DNA from: Nemertoderma westbladi
Lineage: Eukaryota > Animalia > Xenacoelomorpha
Assembly: GCA_032718475.1 (NCBI GenBank)
Contig: JAUCBJ010008927.1
Span: forward strand, 1-49,356
Direction: 5' to 3'
Length of the DNA: 49,356 nucleotides
In this document: piece by piece, positions 21,301-33,700 of the stretch
How the letters are laid out: every line of letters begins with the position of its first letter
Position numbering within the stretch: position 1 is the first letter of the stretch
Translations under genes and position numbers: made by a program
Notes under the pieces: model-generated
What the model saw: only the letters and a program-made list of their open reading frames with translations
What the model was told of the DNA's origin: nothing
The model's database searches: none

Positions 21301-22101
21301 ATAATAAAATTTCAGGGAATAAATTTAAATTCATGCCTTTTAATGAATTTAATAAATTGCCATTTTTACGCAATTTATAAAGTTCCCAAAATTCCATTAA
21401 TTAATAGATCAAGGGAGCGGAGATTTATCTTATTATGCATATGAGTGTGCGAAAGTCTCCCAAACATAGTCAATAGCCGATAAAATTCATAAAGTCATGT
21501 ATAAAACAGGACATTGACTATTAAAGAATTACTATTAAATAACATCCCAGATCTGTATGCATTGGAATTACCCTAATTCTACCGCTAGCTTTGCATAATG
21601 TCACCATAGCAACAACCACGCTAGAATTAGAATTGAGTTAAAAGAACAATAGAAAGCTTGTCCCATTGAATAGCATAGGGAATAAATAGCGCACTACTAG
21701 TATCCAAGGATACATAATAATACAGTGACATTCTGGAAGGCATTGACTGACGGGCGGATGGCCCGAATGTGCGTAGTTGTGACCAGTTGTGTGGTATTTG
21801 TGAGTTTATAGGTGAATGTTACTGCTAAGGTGTGTTTACAGTAGCTAGTCGCAATCGTAAAAGTAACCTAACTCTCCAAGGAAAACCTGAAGTACATCTA
21901 AGCCTTTGGGACGGACAGTCGAGTGACTTGTGCCGGTTGTCGTTGTCGTTGTGCGGCTACGTCGTTGGCGAAAGTACGGCGGCGACGACACATCGGCGCT
22001 GAGGATCTCGTACTGTCCGGGGGTTGATTGGGGTAGGCAGCGACGCCCGCTAGCCTAAATGTGGACTCATTATAATATGGATAAACTCATATATAGCAGA
22101 T

Positions 22102-23436
22102 ATGACGGAGTTGATAGAAGATGGTCTTGGTATCGGGGAGCGATATACCCTACTTTTACAAGCGTTTGTTGATAGCTTAATACGCGGCGACGTTAGTCCA
22201 ACTGCTGCGGAGGACGATGGTCGTTATATCGAACCGACAATGTCCCAAGTGCAGCTCTCGCGAGAGTTGGACTATAGAAAATTCGCTGCTCGATATACGC
22301 AGCGTAATGGTACGTATATGGGCTTCTTAACTACTGGTCATTCTATCGATTTACACGATACGGACTATGTCGAACATATCCTACCCAGAGGAGTCGAAAC
22401 GATAAACCAAAATTCTAATGCGAAAATCCTATTCGAAATCGACTCGAAAGAAAAGACATTAAAGAAACAAATAAATGCGGTAACTCCAACATCTATTTGG
22501 AATTCTTGATAGAAGCATTGTAACAACAAATAAATATCACCCGCGTTTCTCCTTCAAGACGTGCGTCTTTGGTATTATTACGATAAATGCCCTAGACCCA
22601 ACCAATAAACGGAAAGACATAAACATCCACGGAAACGTTGTGTTAAACACAGTTGTGCTCGTTATATTTACTGGAGTTTCGAGCGAAACTTGTTTGACGT
22701 ATCACCTATGCTCACTCGGCTCGAACGATCCTGGAGTAAACCTACGATCAGAGTCCCGGAATACTCGGTCAAACCTCCTCATTCCTTAGTTGGACCTCAG
22801 ACCTGCGATCCTGGTGGTGTCGCGGATCCTCGCGGACTGTATTCGTATTCACTGTTCAAAGATCTAGTGCTACCCTAACAATTAATCGGTAACACTCCGA
22901 CAGTGATTTCTAGCTAGCCGCCCATCTTACCTAGCCGGATTGTGACGCGGACACCTAATATCACTATCCAATCATGGTCGTCCCCGTTTAACGCGATACA
23001 ACCCCTCATCAAGGTAAAGGAGAGCGTTGTACGAAACGAGTTAAACGCTATTCTATAAAGATCAAAAAAGAAACCTGCGTTTGTTCAGATAAACGTAAGT
23101 TATAACAGTAAGTCCAATCGATAAACGAATTGGCCTTATCTCAATTCGATTGGGAAATCCAGAATCTCTAAGAAGTTATCGAACTTGGACGATCCTATTC
23201 TCTGCGAGAGTTTTGGATGAACGTATCCAGCTACGAGCGGAGGAAAATCAGCTCGAGGAGAAGCATATCGAAACGGCAGATACCTCGACCATAAACCTAC
23301 ACCTTCTGATGCAATCATATTGCACCCTTCACCCAGGAGTTATGGCCCTCCTAGTAAAGTGGCTCCCCCCAAAGAGAAAAAGACTCTTGGTAGCCTCAAA
23401 AAACTGCGTAAACGCCGTCTGCGTAAGAAAGACTAA
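22102..23436 (+). pseudogene. Extra, partly decayed coding region in the env position of the LTR element
   Basis: 135-aa ORF 22102-22509; the +1 frame is open 22484-22789; the last fragment 23221-23436 ends in KKLRKRRLRKKD* about 70 bp before the PPT. GC is higher than the flanks. No family recognised. Confidence 0.45.
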
Positions 23437-23506
23437 CTGTTTAGAGTATCTTTATGTTTTAGAACCTGTGATTTTTATATTTTATAGACTGAAAATCCCA
23501 TTTTCT

Positions 23507-23514
23507 GGGAGCGG
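23507..23514 (+). promoter_or_regulatory. Polypurine tract (GGGAGCGG)
   Basis: Purine-rich run immediately before TGTAAAAG, the inferred start of the 3' LTR. Confidence 0.7.
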
Positions 23515-24719
23515 TGTAAAAGCTTTTGCTGAATTGTCCGGTTATTTTTCCTTATTTTTCCCGTAAAATACTCTGTAGTTGGTTTACCAGGCATAAAAAG
23601 GCCGTGTCCTTGCTGTACTGGTGTTTTAGCGGACATAAAAGCTATTTCTTCTGTATTTGTACTTTAGAGGACATAATCCGTAATTCCGTGACGTAAAAGC
23701 TCGATACTCTTGAAAACAGTGTCGCTACCATGACGACGGCTAGCAGCTGATATTGCCACGTCGACGTTTCTTTGTTTCTTTGTTCTCTCGTTGTTCAGGT
23801 TGACCAATCAGAGCGTTTGTTGTCTCTGTGTTGGAGGTGTATACAGAAACTCAGTAGTTCAGTGTTATGTTTTTGCCCAGAGCCTAAGAACCGGCTTTTG
23901 GCACCTCTGTGTTTTCAGTTTTTAGTCTTACACTAGTAGGCTTAATTATAAGGACATATATCCGTTATCTGCATACTGATGTCTGCATACTGCATACTGC
24001 AGTACTGCATACACTGCATACTGTGTAACACTGTGCATACTTTTATATTGTTATACTGCTATTTACTGTCAGTTCTTCATAATATGGTTGATGAATTATT
24101 ATATTTGGAATAACGACAAATAACCCCGAAAACCCAATATTCTTGATATACCGAAGGTAAGAGAGAAAGGTTACAGATAAATGATTGCGACCTATGTTGA
24201 GTGGTTTGAAGTGAATCTAATGTTATTTGATAGACCCTACATGATTCGGTCCGTGTTCCTTTTATATGTGACTAAAATCAGTGAAGATCGGCAGATCAGT
24301 GTGCAGTATTGTGCAGCATTGTGTATGAGTGAGACTGATAACGAAGCATTTCCTAAAGAATGCGCCATATATGTGAATTGTAACTAAGCCGTATTGTTGT
24401 GAGCAGTTTAAGTCATAACTCTGTTTGTATAGATAGAGCGCCACGTCCTAAAGGAACTGTTAATATTTCCCGAAGGTGAATAATATTGTCAGAGATTATA
24501 TAATACTGTCAGTCGAATAATACATTAGGCTTACATAGCAATAAAATTAAGCCGTCGAACCCAATCTCCCGGGTATATCCAGCGGGTGAATGATCGCGCA
24601 CAGATTGGTTTCGACTAGTGTAGTGAATTAAATACTTGTCATAGACTAAAGGTGATTTATTATCTAGAAGACATCCTAATTTGGCGGGTTAAACTGCCAA
24701 AGGTCTGAAAGCGCGAACA
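23515..24719 (+). repeat. 3' LTR (1205 bp, TGT...ACA)
   Basis: Starts with TGT after the PPT, ends GCGCGAACA, and its 3' half is homologous to the 5' LTR. Confidence 0.88.
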
Positions 24720-27700
24720 GGACTTTATATTATAGTTAATGATTTGTGTAATTTTAGTAGGATTCGATTGTCATCAATGATCCGGCTAAGGCATATGGGA
24801 CTTTATATTATAGTTAATGTTTTGTGTAATTTTAGTAGGATTCGATTGTCATCAATAACCCAGCTAAGGCATGGGACTTTATATTATAGTTAATGTTTTG
24901 TGTAATTTTAGTAGGATTCGATTGTCATCAACAATCCGACTAAGGCATGGGACTTTATATTATAGTTAATGTTTTGTGTAATTTTAGTAGGATTCGATTG
25001 TCATCAATGATCCGGCTAAGGCATATGGGACTTTATATTATAGTTAATGTTTTGTGTAATTTTAGTAGGATTCGATTGTCATCAATGATCCGGCTAAGGC
25101 ATATGGGACTTTATATTATAGTTAATGTTTTGTGTAATTTTAGTAGGATTCGATTGTCATCAACAATCCGACTAAGGCATGGGACTTTATATTATAGTTA
25201 ATGTTTTGTGTAATTTTAGTAGGATTCGATTGTCATCAATGATCCGGCTAAGGCATATGGGACTTTATATTATAGTTAATGTTTTGTGTAATTTTAGTAG
25301 GATTCGATTGTCATCAATAACCCAGCTATGGCATGGGACTTTATATTATAGTTAATGTTTTGTGTAATTTTAGTAGGATTCGATTGTCATCAACAATCTG
25401 ACTAAGGCATGGGACTTTATATTATAGTTAATGTTTTGTGTAATTTTAGTAGGATTCGATTGTCATCAATGATCCGGCTAAGGCATATGGGACTTTATAT
25501 TATAGTTAATGTTTTGTGTAATTTTAGTAGGATTCGATTGTCATCAATGATCCGGCTAAGGCATATGGGACTTTATATTATAGTTAATGTTTTGTGTAAT
25601 TTTAGTAGGATTCGATTGTCATCAACAATCCGACTAAGGCATGGGACTTTATATTATAGTTAATGTTTTGTGTAATTTTAGTAGGATTCGATTGTCATCA
25701 ATGATCCGGCTAAGGCATATGGGACTTTATATTATAGTTAATGTTTTGTGTAATTTTAGTAGGATTCGATTGTCATCAATAATCCGGCTAAGGCATGGGA
25801 CTTTTTGTAATCAATAACCCGGCTAAGGCATGGGACTTTATATTATAGTTAATGTTTTGTGTAATTTTAGTAGGATTCGATTGTCATCAACAATCCGACT
25901 AAGGCATGGGACTTTATATTATAGTTAATGTTTTGTGTAATTTTAGTAGGATTCGATTGTCATCAATAATCCGGCTAAGGCATGGGACTTTATATTATAG
26001 TTAATGTTTTGTGTAATTTTAGTAGGATTCGATTGTCATCAACAATCCGACTAAGGCATGGGACTTTATATTATAGTTAATGTTTTGTGTAATTTTAGTA
26101 GGATTCGATTGTCATCAATAATCCGGCTAAGGCATGGGACTTTATATTATAGTTAATGTTTTGTGTAATTTTAGTAGGATTCGATTGTCATCAACAATCC
26201 GACTAAGGCATGGGACTTTATATTATAGTTAATGTTTTGTGTAATTTTAGTAGGATTCGATTGTCATCAATAATCCGGCTAAGGCATGGGACTTTTTGTA
26301 ATCAATAACCCGGCTAAGGCATGGGACTTTATATTATAGTTAATGTTTTGTGTAATTTTAGTAGGATTCGATTGTCATCAACAATCCGACTAAGGCATGG
26401 GACTTTATATTATAGTTAATGTTTTGTGTAATTTTAGTAGGATTCGATTGTCATCAATAATCCGGCTAAGGCATGGGACTTTATATTATAGTTAATGTTT
26501 TGTGTAATTTTAGTAGGATTCGATTGTCATCAACAATCCGACTAAGGCATGGGACTTTATATTATAGTTAATGTTTTGTGTAATTTTAGTAGGATTCGAT
26601 TGTCATCAACAATCCGACTAAGGCATGGGACTTTATATTATAGTTAATGTTTTGTGTAATTTTAGTAGGATTCGATTGTCATCAATAATCCGACTAAGGC
26701 ATATGGGACTTTATATTATAGTTAATGTTTTGTGTAATTTTAGTAGGATTCGATTGTCATCAATAACCCAGCTAAGGCATGGGACTTTATATTATAGTTA
26801 ATGTTTTGTGTAATTTTAGTAGGATTCGATTGTCATCAATAACCCGGCTAAGGCATGGGACTTTATATTATAGTTAATGTTTTGTGTAATTTTAGTAGGA
26901 TTCGATTGTCATCAATAATCCGGCTAAGGCATATGGGACTTTATATTATAGTTAATGTTTTGTGTAATTTTAGTAGGATTCGATTGTCATCAATAACCCG
27001 GCTAAGGCATGGGACTTTATATTATAGTTAATGTTTTGTGTAATTTTAGTAGGATTCGATTGTCATCAATAATCCGGCTAAGGCATATGGGACTTTATAT
27101 TATAGTTAATGTTTTGTGTAATTTTAGTAGGATTCGATTGTCATCAATAATCCGGCTAAGGCATGGGACTTTTTGTAATCAATAACCCGGCTAAGGCATG
27201 GGACTTTATATTATAGTTAATGTTTTGTGTAATTTTAGTAGGATTCGATTGTCATCAATGATCCGGCTAAGGCATATGGGACTTTATATTATAGTTAATG
27301 TTTTGTGTAATTTTAGTAGGATTCGATTGTCATCAATAATCCGGCTAAGGCATGGGACTTTTTGTAATCAATAACCCGGCTAAGGCATGGGACTTTATAT
27401 TATAGTTAATGTTTTGTGTAATTTTAGTAGGATTCGATTGTCATCAATGATCCGGCTAAGGCATATGGGACTTTATATTATAGTTAATGTTTTGTGTAAT
27501 TTTAGTAGGATTCGATTGTCATCAATAATCCGGCTAAGGCATGGGACTTTTTGTAATCAATAACCCGGCTAAGGCATGGGACTTTATATTATAGTTAATG
27601 TTTTGTGTAATTTTAGTAGGATTCGATTGTCATCAATAACCCGGCTAAGGCATGGGACTTTATAATATAGTTAATGTTTTGTGTAATTTTAGTAGGATTC

Positions 27701-30700
27701 GATTGTCATCAATAATCCGGCTAAGGCATATGGGACTTTATATTATAGTTAATGTTTTGTGTAATTTTAGTAGGATTCGATTGTCATCAATAATCCGGCT
27801 AAGGCATGGGACTTTTTGTAATCAATAACCCGGCTAAGGCATGGGACTTTATATTATAGTTAATGTTTTGTGTAATTTTAGTAGGATTCGATTGTCATCA
27901 ACAATCCGACTAAGGCATGGGACTTTATATTATAGTTAATGTTTTGTGTAATTTTAGTAGGATTCGATTGTCATCAATAACCCGGCTAAGGCATGGGACT
28001 TTATATTATAGTTAATGTTTTGTGTAATTTTAGTAGGATTCGATTGTCATCAACAATCCGACTAAGGCATGGGACTTTATATTATAGTTAATGTTTTGTG
28101 TAATTTTAGTAGGATTCGATTGTCATCAATAATCCGGCTAAGGCATGGGACTTTTTGTAATCAATAACCCGGCTAAGGCATGGGACTTTATATTATAGTT
28201 AATGTTTTGTGTAATTTTAGTAGGATTCGATTGTCATCAATGATCCGGCTAAGGCATATGGGACTTTATATTATAGTTAATGTTTTGTGTAATTTTAGTA
28301 GGATTCGATTGTCATCAATAATCCGGCTAAGGCATGGGACTTTTTGTAATCAATAACCCGGCTAAGGCATGGGACTTTATATTATAGTTAATGTTTTGTG
28401 TAATTTTAGTAGGATTCGATTGTCATCAATGATCCGGCTAAGGCATATGGGACTTTATATTATAGTTAATGTTTTGTGTAATTTTAGTAGGATTCGATTG
28501 TCATCAATAACCCGGCTAAGGCATGGGACTTTTTGTAATCAATAACCCGGCTAAGGCATGGGACTTTATATTATAGTTAATGTTTTGTGTAATTTTAGTA
28601 GGATTCGATTGTCATCAATAACCCAGCTAAGGCATGGGACTTTATATTATAGTTAATGTTTTGTGTAATTTTAGTAGGATTCGATTGTCATCAATAATCC
28701 GGCTAAGGCATATGGGACTTTATATTATAGTTAATGTTTTGTGTAATTTTAGTAGGATTCGATTGTCATCAATAATACGGCTAAGGCATATGGGACTTTA
28801 TATTATAGTTAATGTTTTGTGTAATTTTAGTAGGATTCGATTGTCATCAATAATCCGGCTAAGGCATGGGACTTTTTGTAATCAATAACCCGGCTAAGGC
28901 ATGGGACTTTATATTATAGTTAATGTTTTGTGTAATTTTAGTAGGATTCGATTGTCATCAATGATCCGGCTAAGGCATATGGGACTTTATATTATAGTTA
29001 ATGTTTTGTGTAATTTTAGTAGGATTCGATTGTCATCAATAATCCGGCTAAGGCATGGGACTTTTTGTAATCAATAACCCGGCTAAGGCATGGGACTTTA
29101 TATTATAGTTAATGTTTTGTGTAATTTTAGTAGGATTCGATTGTCATCAATGATCCGGCTAAGGCATATGGGACTTTATATTATAGTTAATGTTTTGTGT
29201 AATTTTAGTAGGATTCGATTGTCATCAATAACCCGGCTAAGGCATGGGACTTTTTGTAATCAATAACCCGGCTAAGGCATAGGACTTTATATTATAGTTA
29301 ATGTTTTGTGTAATTTTAGTAGGATTCGATTGTCATCAATAACCCAGCTAAGGCATGGGACTTTATATTATAGTTAATGTTTTGTGTAATTTTAGTAGGA
29401 TTCGATTGTCATCAATAATCCGGCTAAGGCATATGGGACTTTATATTATCGTTAATGTTTTGTGTAATTTTAGTAGGATTCGATTGTCATCAACAATCCG
29501 ACTAAGGCATGGGACTTTATATTATAGTTAATGTTTTGTGTAATTTTAGTAGGATTCGATTGTCATCAATAATCCGGCTAAGGCATGGGACTTTTTGTAA
29601 TCAATAACCCGGCTAAGGCATGGGACTTTATATTATAGTTAATGTTTTGTGTAATTTTAGTAGGATTCGATTGTCATCAACAATCCGACTAAGGCATGGG
29701 ACTTTATATTATAGTTAATGTTTTGTGTAATTTTAGTAGGATTCGATTGTCATCAATGATCCGGCTAAGGCATATGGGACTTTATATTATAGTTAATGTT
29801 TTGTGTAATTTTAGTAGGATTCGATTGTCATCAATAATCCGGCTAAGGCATGGGACTTTTTGTAATCAATAACCCGGCTAAGGCATGGGACTTTATATTA
29901 TAGTTAATGTTTTGTGTAATTTTAGTAGGATTCGATTGTCATCAATGATCCGGCTAAGGCATATGGGACTTTATATTATAGTTAATGTTTTGTGTAATTT
30001 TAGTAGGATTCGATTGTCATCAATGATCCGGCTAAGGCATATGGGACTTTATATTATAGTTAATGTTTTGTGTAATTTTAGTAGGATTCGATTGTCATCA
30101 ATAACCCGGCTAAGGCATGGGACTTTTTGTAATCAATAACCCGGCTAAGGCATGGGACTTTATATTATAGTTAATGTTTTGTGTAATTTTAGTAGGATTC
30201 GATTGTCATCAATAACCCAGCTAAGGCATGGGACTTTATATTATAGTTAATGTTTTGTGTAATTTTAGTAGGATTCGATTGTCATCAACAATCCGACTAA
30301 GGCATGGGACTTTATATTATAGTTAATGTTTTGTGTAATTTTAGTAGGATTCGATTGTCATCAACAATCCGACTAAGGCATGGGACTTTATATTATAGTT
30401 AATGTTTTGTGTAATTTTAGTAGGATTCGATTGTCATCAATAACCCAGCTAAGGCATGGGACTTTATATTATAGTTAATGTTTTGTGTAATTTTAGTAGG
30501 ATTCGATTGTCATCAACAATCCGACTAAGGCATGGGACTTTATATTATAGTTAATGTTTTGTGTAATTTTAGTAGGATTCGATTGTCATCAATAATCCGG
30601 CTAAGGCATGGGACTTTATATTATAGTTAATGTTTTGTGTAATTTTAGTAGGATTCGATTGTCATCAATAACCCGGCTAAGGCATATGGGACTTTATATT

Positions 30701-33700
30701 ATAGTTAATGTTTTGTGTAATTTTAGTAGGATTCGATTGTCATCAATAATCCGGCTAAGGCATGGGACTTTATATTATAGTTAATGTTTTGTGTAATTTT
30801 AGTAGGATTCGATTGTCATCAATAACCCAGCTAAGGCATGGGACTTTATATTATAGTTAATGTTTTGTGTAATTTTAGTAGGATTCGATTGTCATCAATA
30901 ATCCGGCTAAGGCATGGGACTTTATATTATAGTTAATGTTTTGTGTAATTTTAGTAGGATTCGATTGTCATCAATAATCCGGCTAAGGCATGGGACTTTA
31001 TATTATAGTTAATGTTTTGTGTAATTTTAGTAGGATTCGATTGTCATCAATAATCCGGCTAAGGCATATGGGACTTTATATTATAGTTAATGATTTGTGT
31101 AATTTTAGTAGGATTCGATTGTCATCAATAATCCGGCTAAGGCATATGGGACTTTATATTATAGTTAATGTTTTATGTAATTTTAGTAGGATTCGATTGT
31201 CATCAATAATCCGGCTAAGGCATGGGACTTTATATTATAGTTAATGTTTTGTGTAATTTTAGTAGGATTCGATTGTCATCAATAATCCGGCTAAGGCATA
31301 TGGGACTTTATATTATAGTTAATGTTTTGTGTAATTTTAGTAGGATTCGATTGTCATCAATAACCCGGCTAAGGCATATGGGACTTTATATTATAGTTAA
31401 TGTTTTGTGTAATTTTAGTAGGATTCGATTGTCATCAATAATCCGGCTAAGGCATGGGACTTTATATTATAGTTAATGTTTTGTGTAATTTTAGTAGGAT
31501 TCGATTGTCATCAATAATCCGGCTAAGGCATATGGGACTTTATATTATAGTTAATGATTTGTGTAATTTTAGTAGGATTCGATTGTCATCAATAATCCGG
31601 CTAAGGCATGGGACTTTATATTATAGTTAATGTTTTGTGTAATTTTAGTAGGATTCGATTGTCATCAATAATCCGGCTAAGGCATATGGGACTTTATATT
31701 ATAGTTAATGATTTGTGTAATTTTAGTAGGATTCGATTGTCATCAATAATCCGGCTAAGGCATATGGGACTTTATATTATAGTTAATGATTTGTGTAATT
31801 TTAGTAGGATTCGATTGTCATCAATAATCCGGCTAAGGCATATGGGACTTTATATTATAGTTAATGTTTTGTGTAATTTTAGTAGGATTCGATTGTCATC
31901 AATAATCCGGCTAAGGCATGGGACTTTATATTATAGTTAATGTTTTGTGTAATTTTAGTAGGATTCGATTGTCATCAATGATCCGGCTAAGGCATATGGG
32001 ACTTTATATTATAGTTAATGTTTTGTGTAATTTTAGTAGCATTCGATTGTCATCAATGATCCGGCTAAGGCATATGGGACTTTATATTATAGTTAATGTT
32101 TTGTGTAATTTTAGTAGGATTCGATTGTCATCAATAATCCGGCTAAGGCATATGGGACTTTATATTATAGTTAATGTTTTGTGTAATTTTAGTAGGATTC
32201 GATTGTCATCAATAACCCGGCTAAGGCATATGGGACTTTATATTATAGTTAATGATTTGTGTAATTTTAGTAGGATTCGATTGTCATCAATAATCCGGCT
32301 AAGGCATATGGGACTTTATATTATAGTTAATGATTTGTGTAATTTTAGTAGGATTCGATTGTCATCAATAATCCGGCTAAGGCATATGGGACTTTATATT
32401 ATAGTTAATGTTTTGTGTAATTTTAGTAGGATTCGATTGTCATCAATAATCCGGCTAAGGCATGGGACTTTTTGTAATCAATAACCCGGCTAAGGCATGG
32501 GACTTTATATTATAGTTAATGTTTTGTGTAATTTTAGTAGGATTCGATTGTCATCAATAATCCGGCTAAGGCATATGGGACTTTATATTATAGTTAATGT
32601 TTTGTGTAATTTTAGTAGGATTCGATTGTCATCAATAATCCGGCTAAGGCATATGGGACTTTATATTATAGTTAATGTTTTGTGTAATTTTAGTAGGATT
32701 CGATTGTCATCAATAATCCGGCTAAGGCATGGGACTTTTTGTAATCAATAATCCGGCTAAGGCATATGGGACTTTATATTATAGTTAATGTTTTGTGTAA
32801 TTTTAGTAGGATTCGATTGTCATCAATAATCCGGCTAAGGCATGGGACTTTATATTATAGTTAATGTTTTGTGTAATTTTAGTAGGATTCGATTGTCATC
32901 AATAATCCGGCTAAGGCATATGGGACTTTATATTATAGTTAATGATTTGTGTAATTTTAGTAGGATTCGATTGTCATCAATAATCCGGCTAAGGCATATG
33001 GGACTTTATATTATAGTTAATGTTTTGTGTAATTTTAGTAGGATTCGATTGTCATCAATAATCCGGCTAAGGCATATGGGACTTTATATTATAGTTAATG
33101 TTTTGTGTAATTTTAGTAGGATTCGATTGTCATCAATAATCCGGCTAAGGCATGGGACTTTTTGTAATCAATAATCCGGCTAAGGCATGGGACTTTATAT
33201 TATAGTTAATGTTTTGTGTAATTTTAGTAGGATTCGATTGTCATCAATAATCCGGCTAAGGCATGGGACTTTTTGTAATCAATAACCCGGCTAAGGCATG
33301 GGACTTTATATTATAGTTAATGTTTTGTGTAATTTTAGTAGGATTCGATTGTCATCAATAATCCGGCTAAGGCATATGGGACTTTATATTATAGTTAATG
33401 TTTTGTGTAATTTTAGTAGGATTCGATTGTCATCAATAATCCGGCTAAGGCATGGGACTTTATATTATAGTTAATGTTTTGTGTAATTTTAGTAGGATTC
33501 GATTGTCATCAATAATCCGGCTAAGGCCTGGGACTTTTTGTAATCAATAACCCGGCTAAGGCATGGGACTTTATATTATAGTTAATGATTTGTGTAATTT
33601 TAGTAGGATTCGATTGTCATCAACAATCCGACTAAGGCATATGGGACTTTATATTATAGTTAATGATTTGTGTAATTTTAGTAGGATTCGATTGTCATCA

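Larger units (their letters stand above)
13075..24719 (+). mobile_element. BEL/Pao LTR retrotransposon, non-autonomous (Gag-protease only)
   Basis: Two related LTRs ending in GCGCGAACA, a PPT before the 3' LTR, and a BEL/Pao-type Gag with three Cys-His boxes plus protease. Left boundary is uncertain and no TSD was found. Confidence 0.9.
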
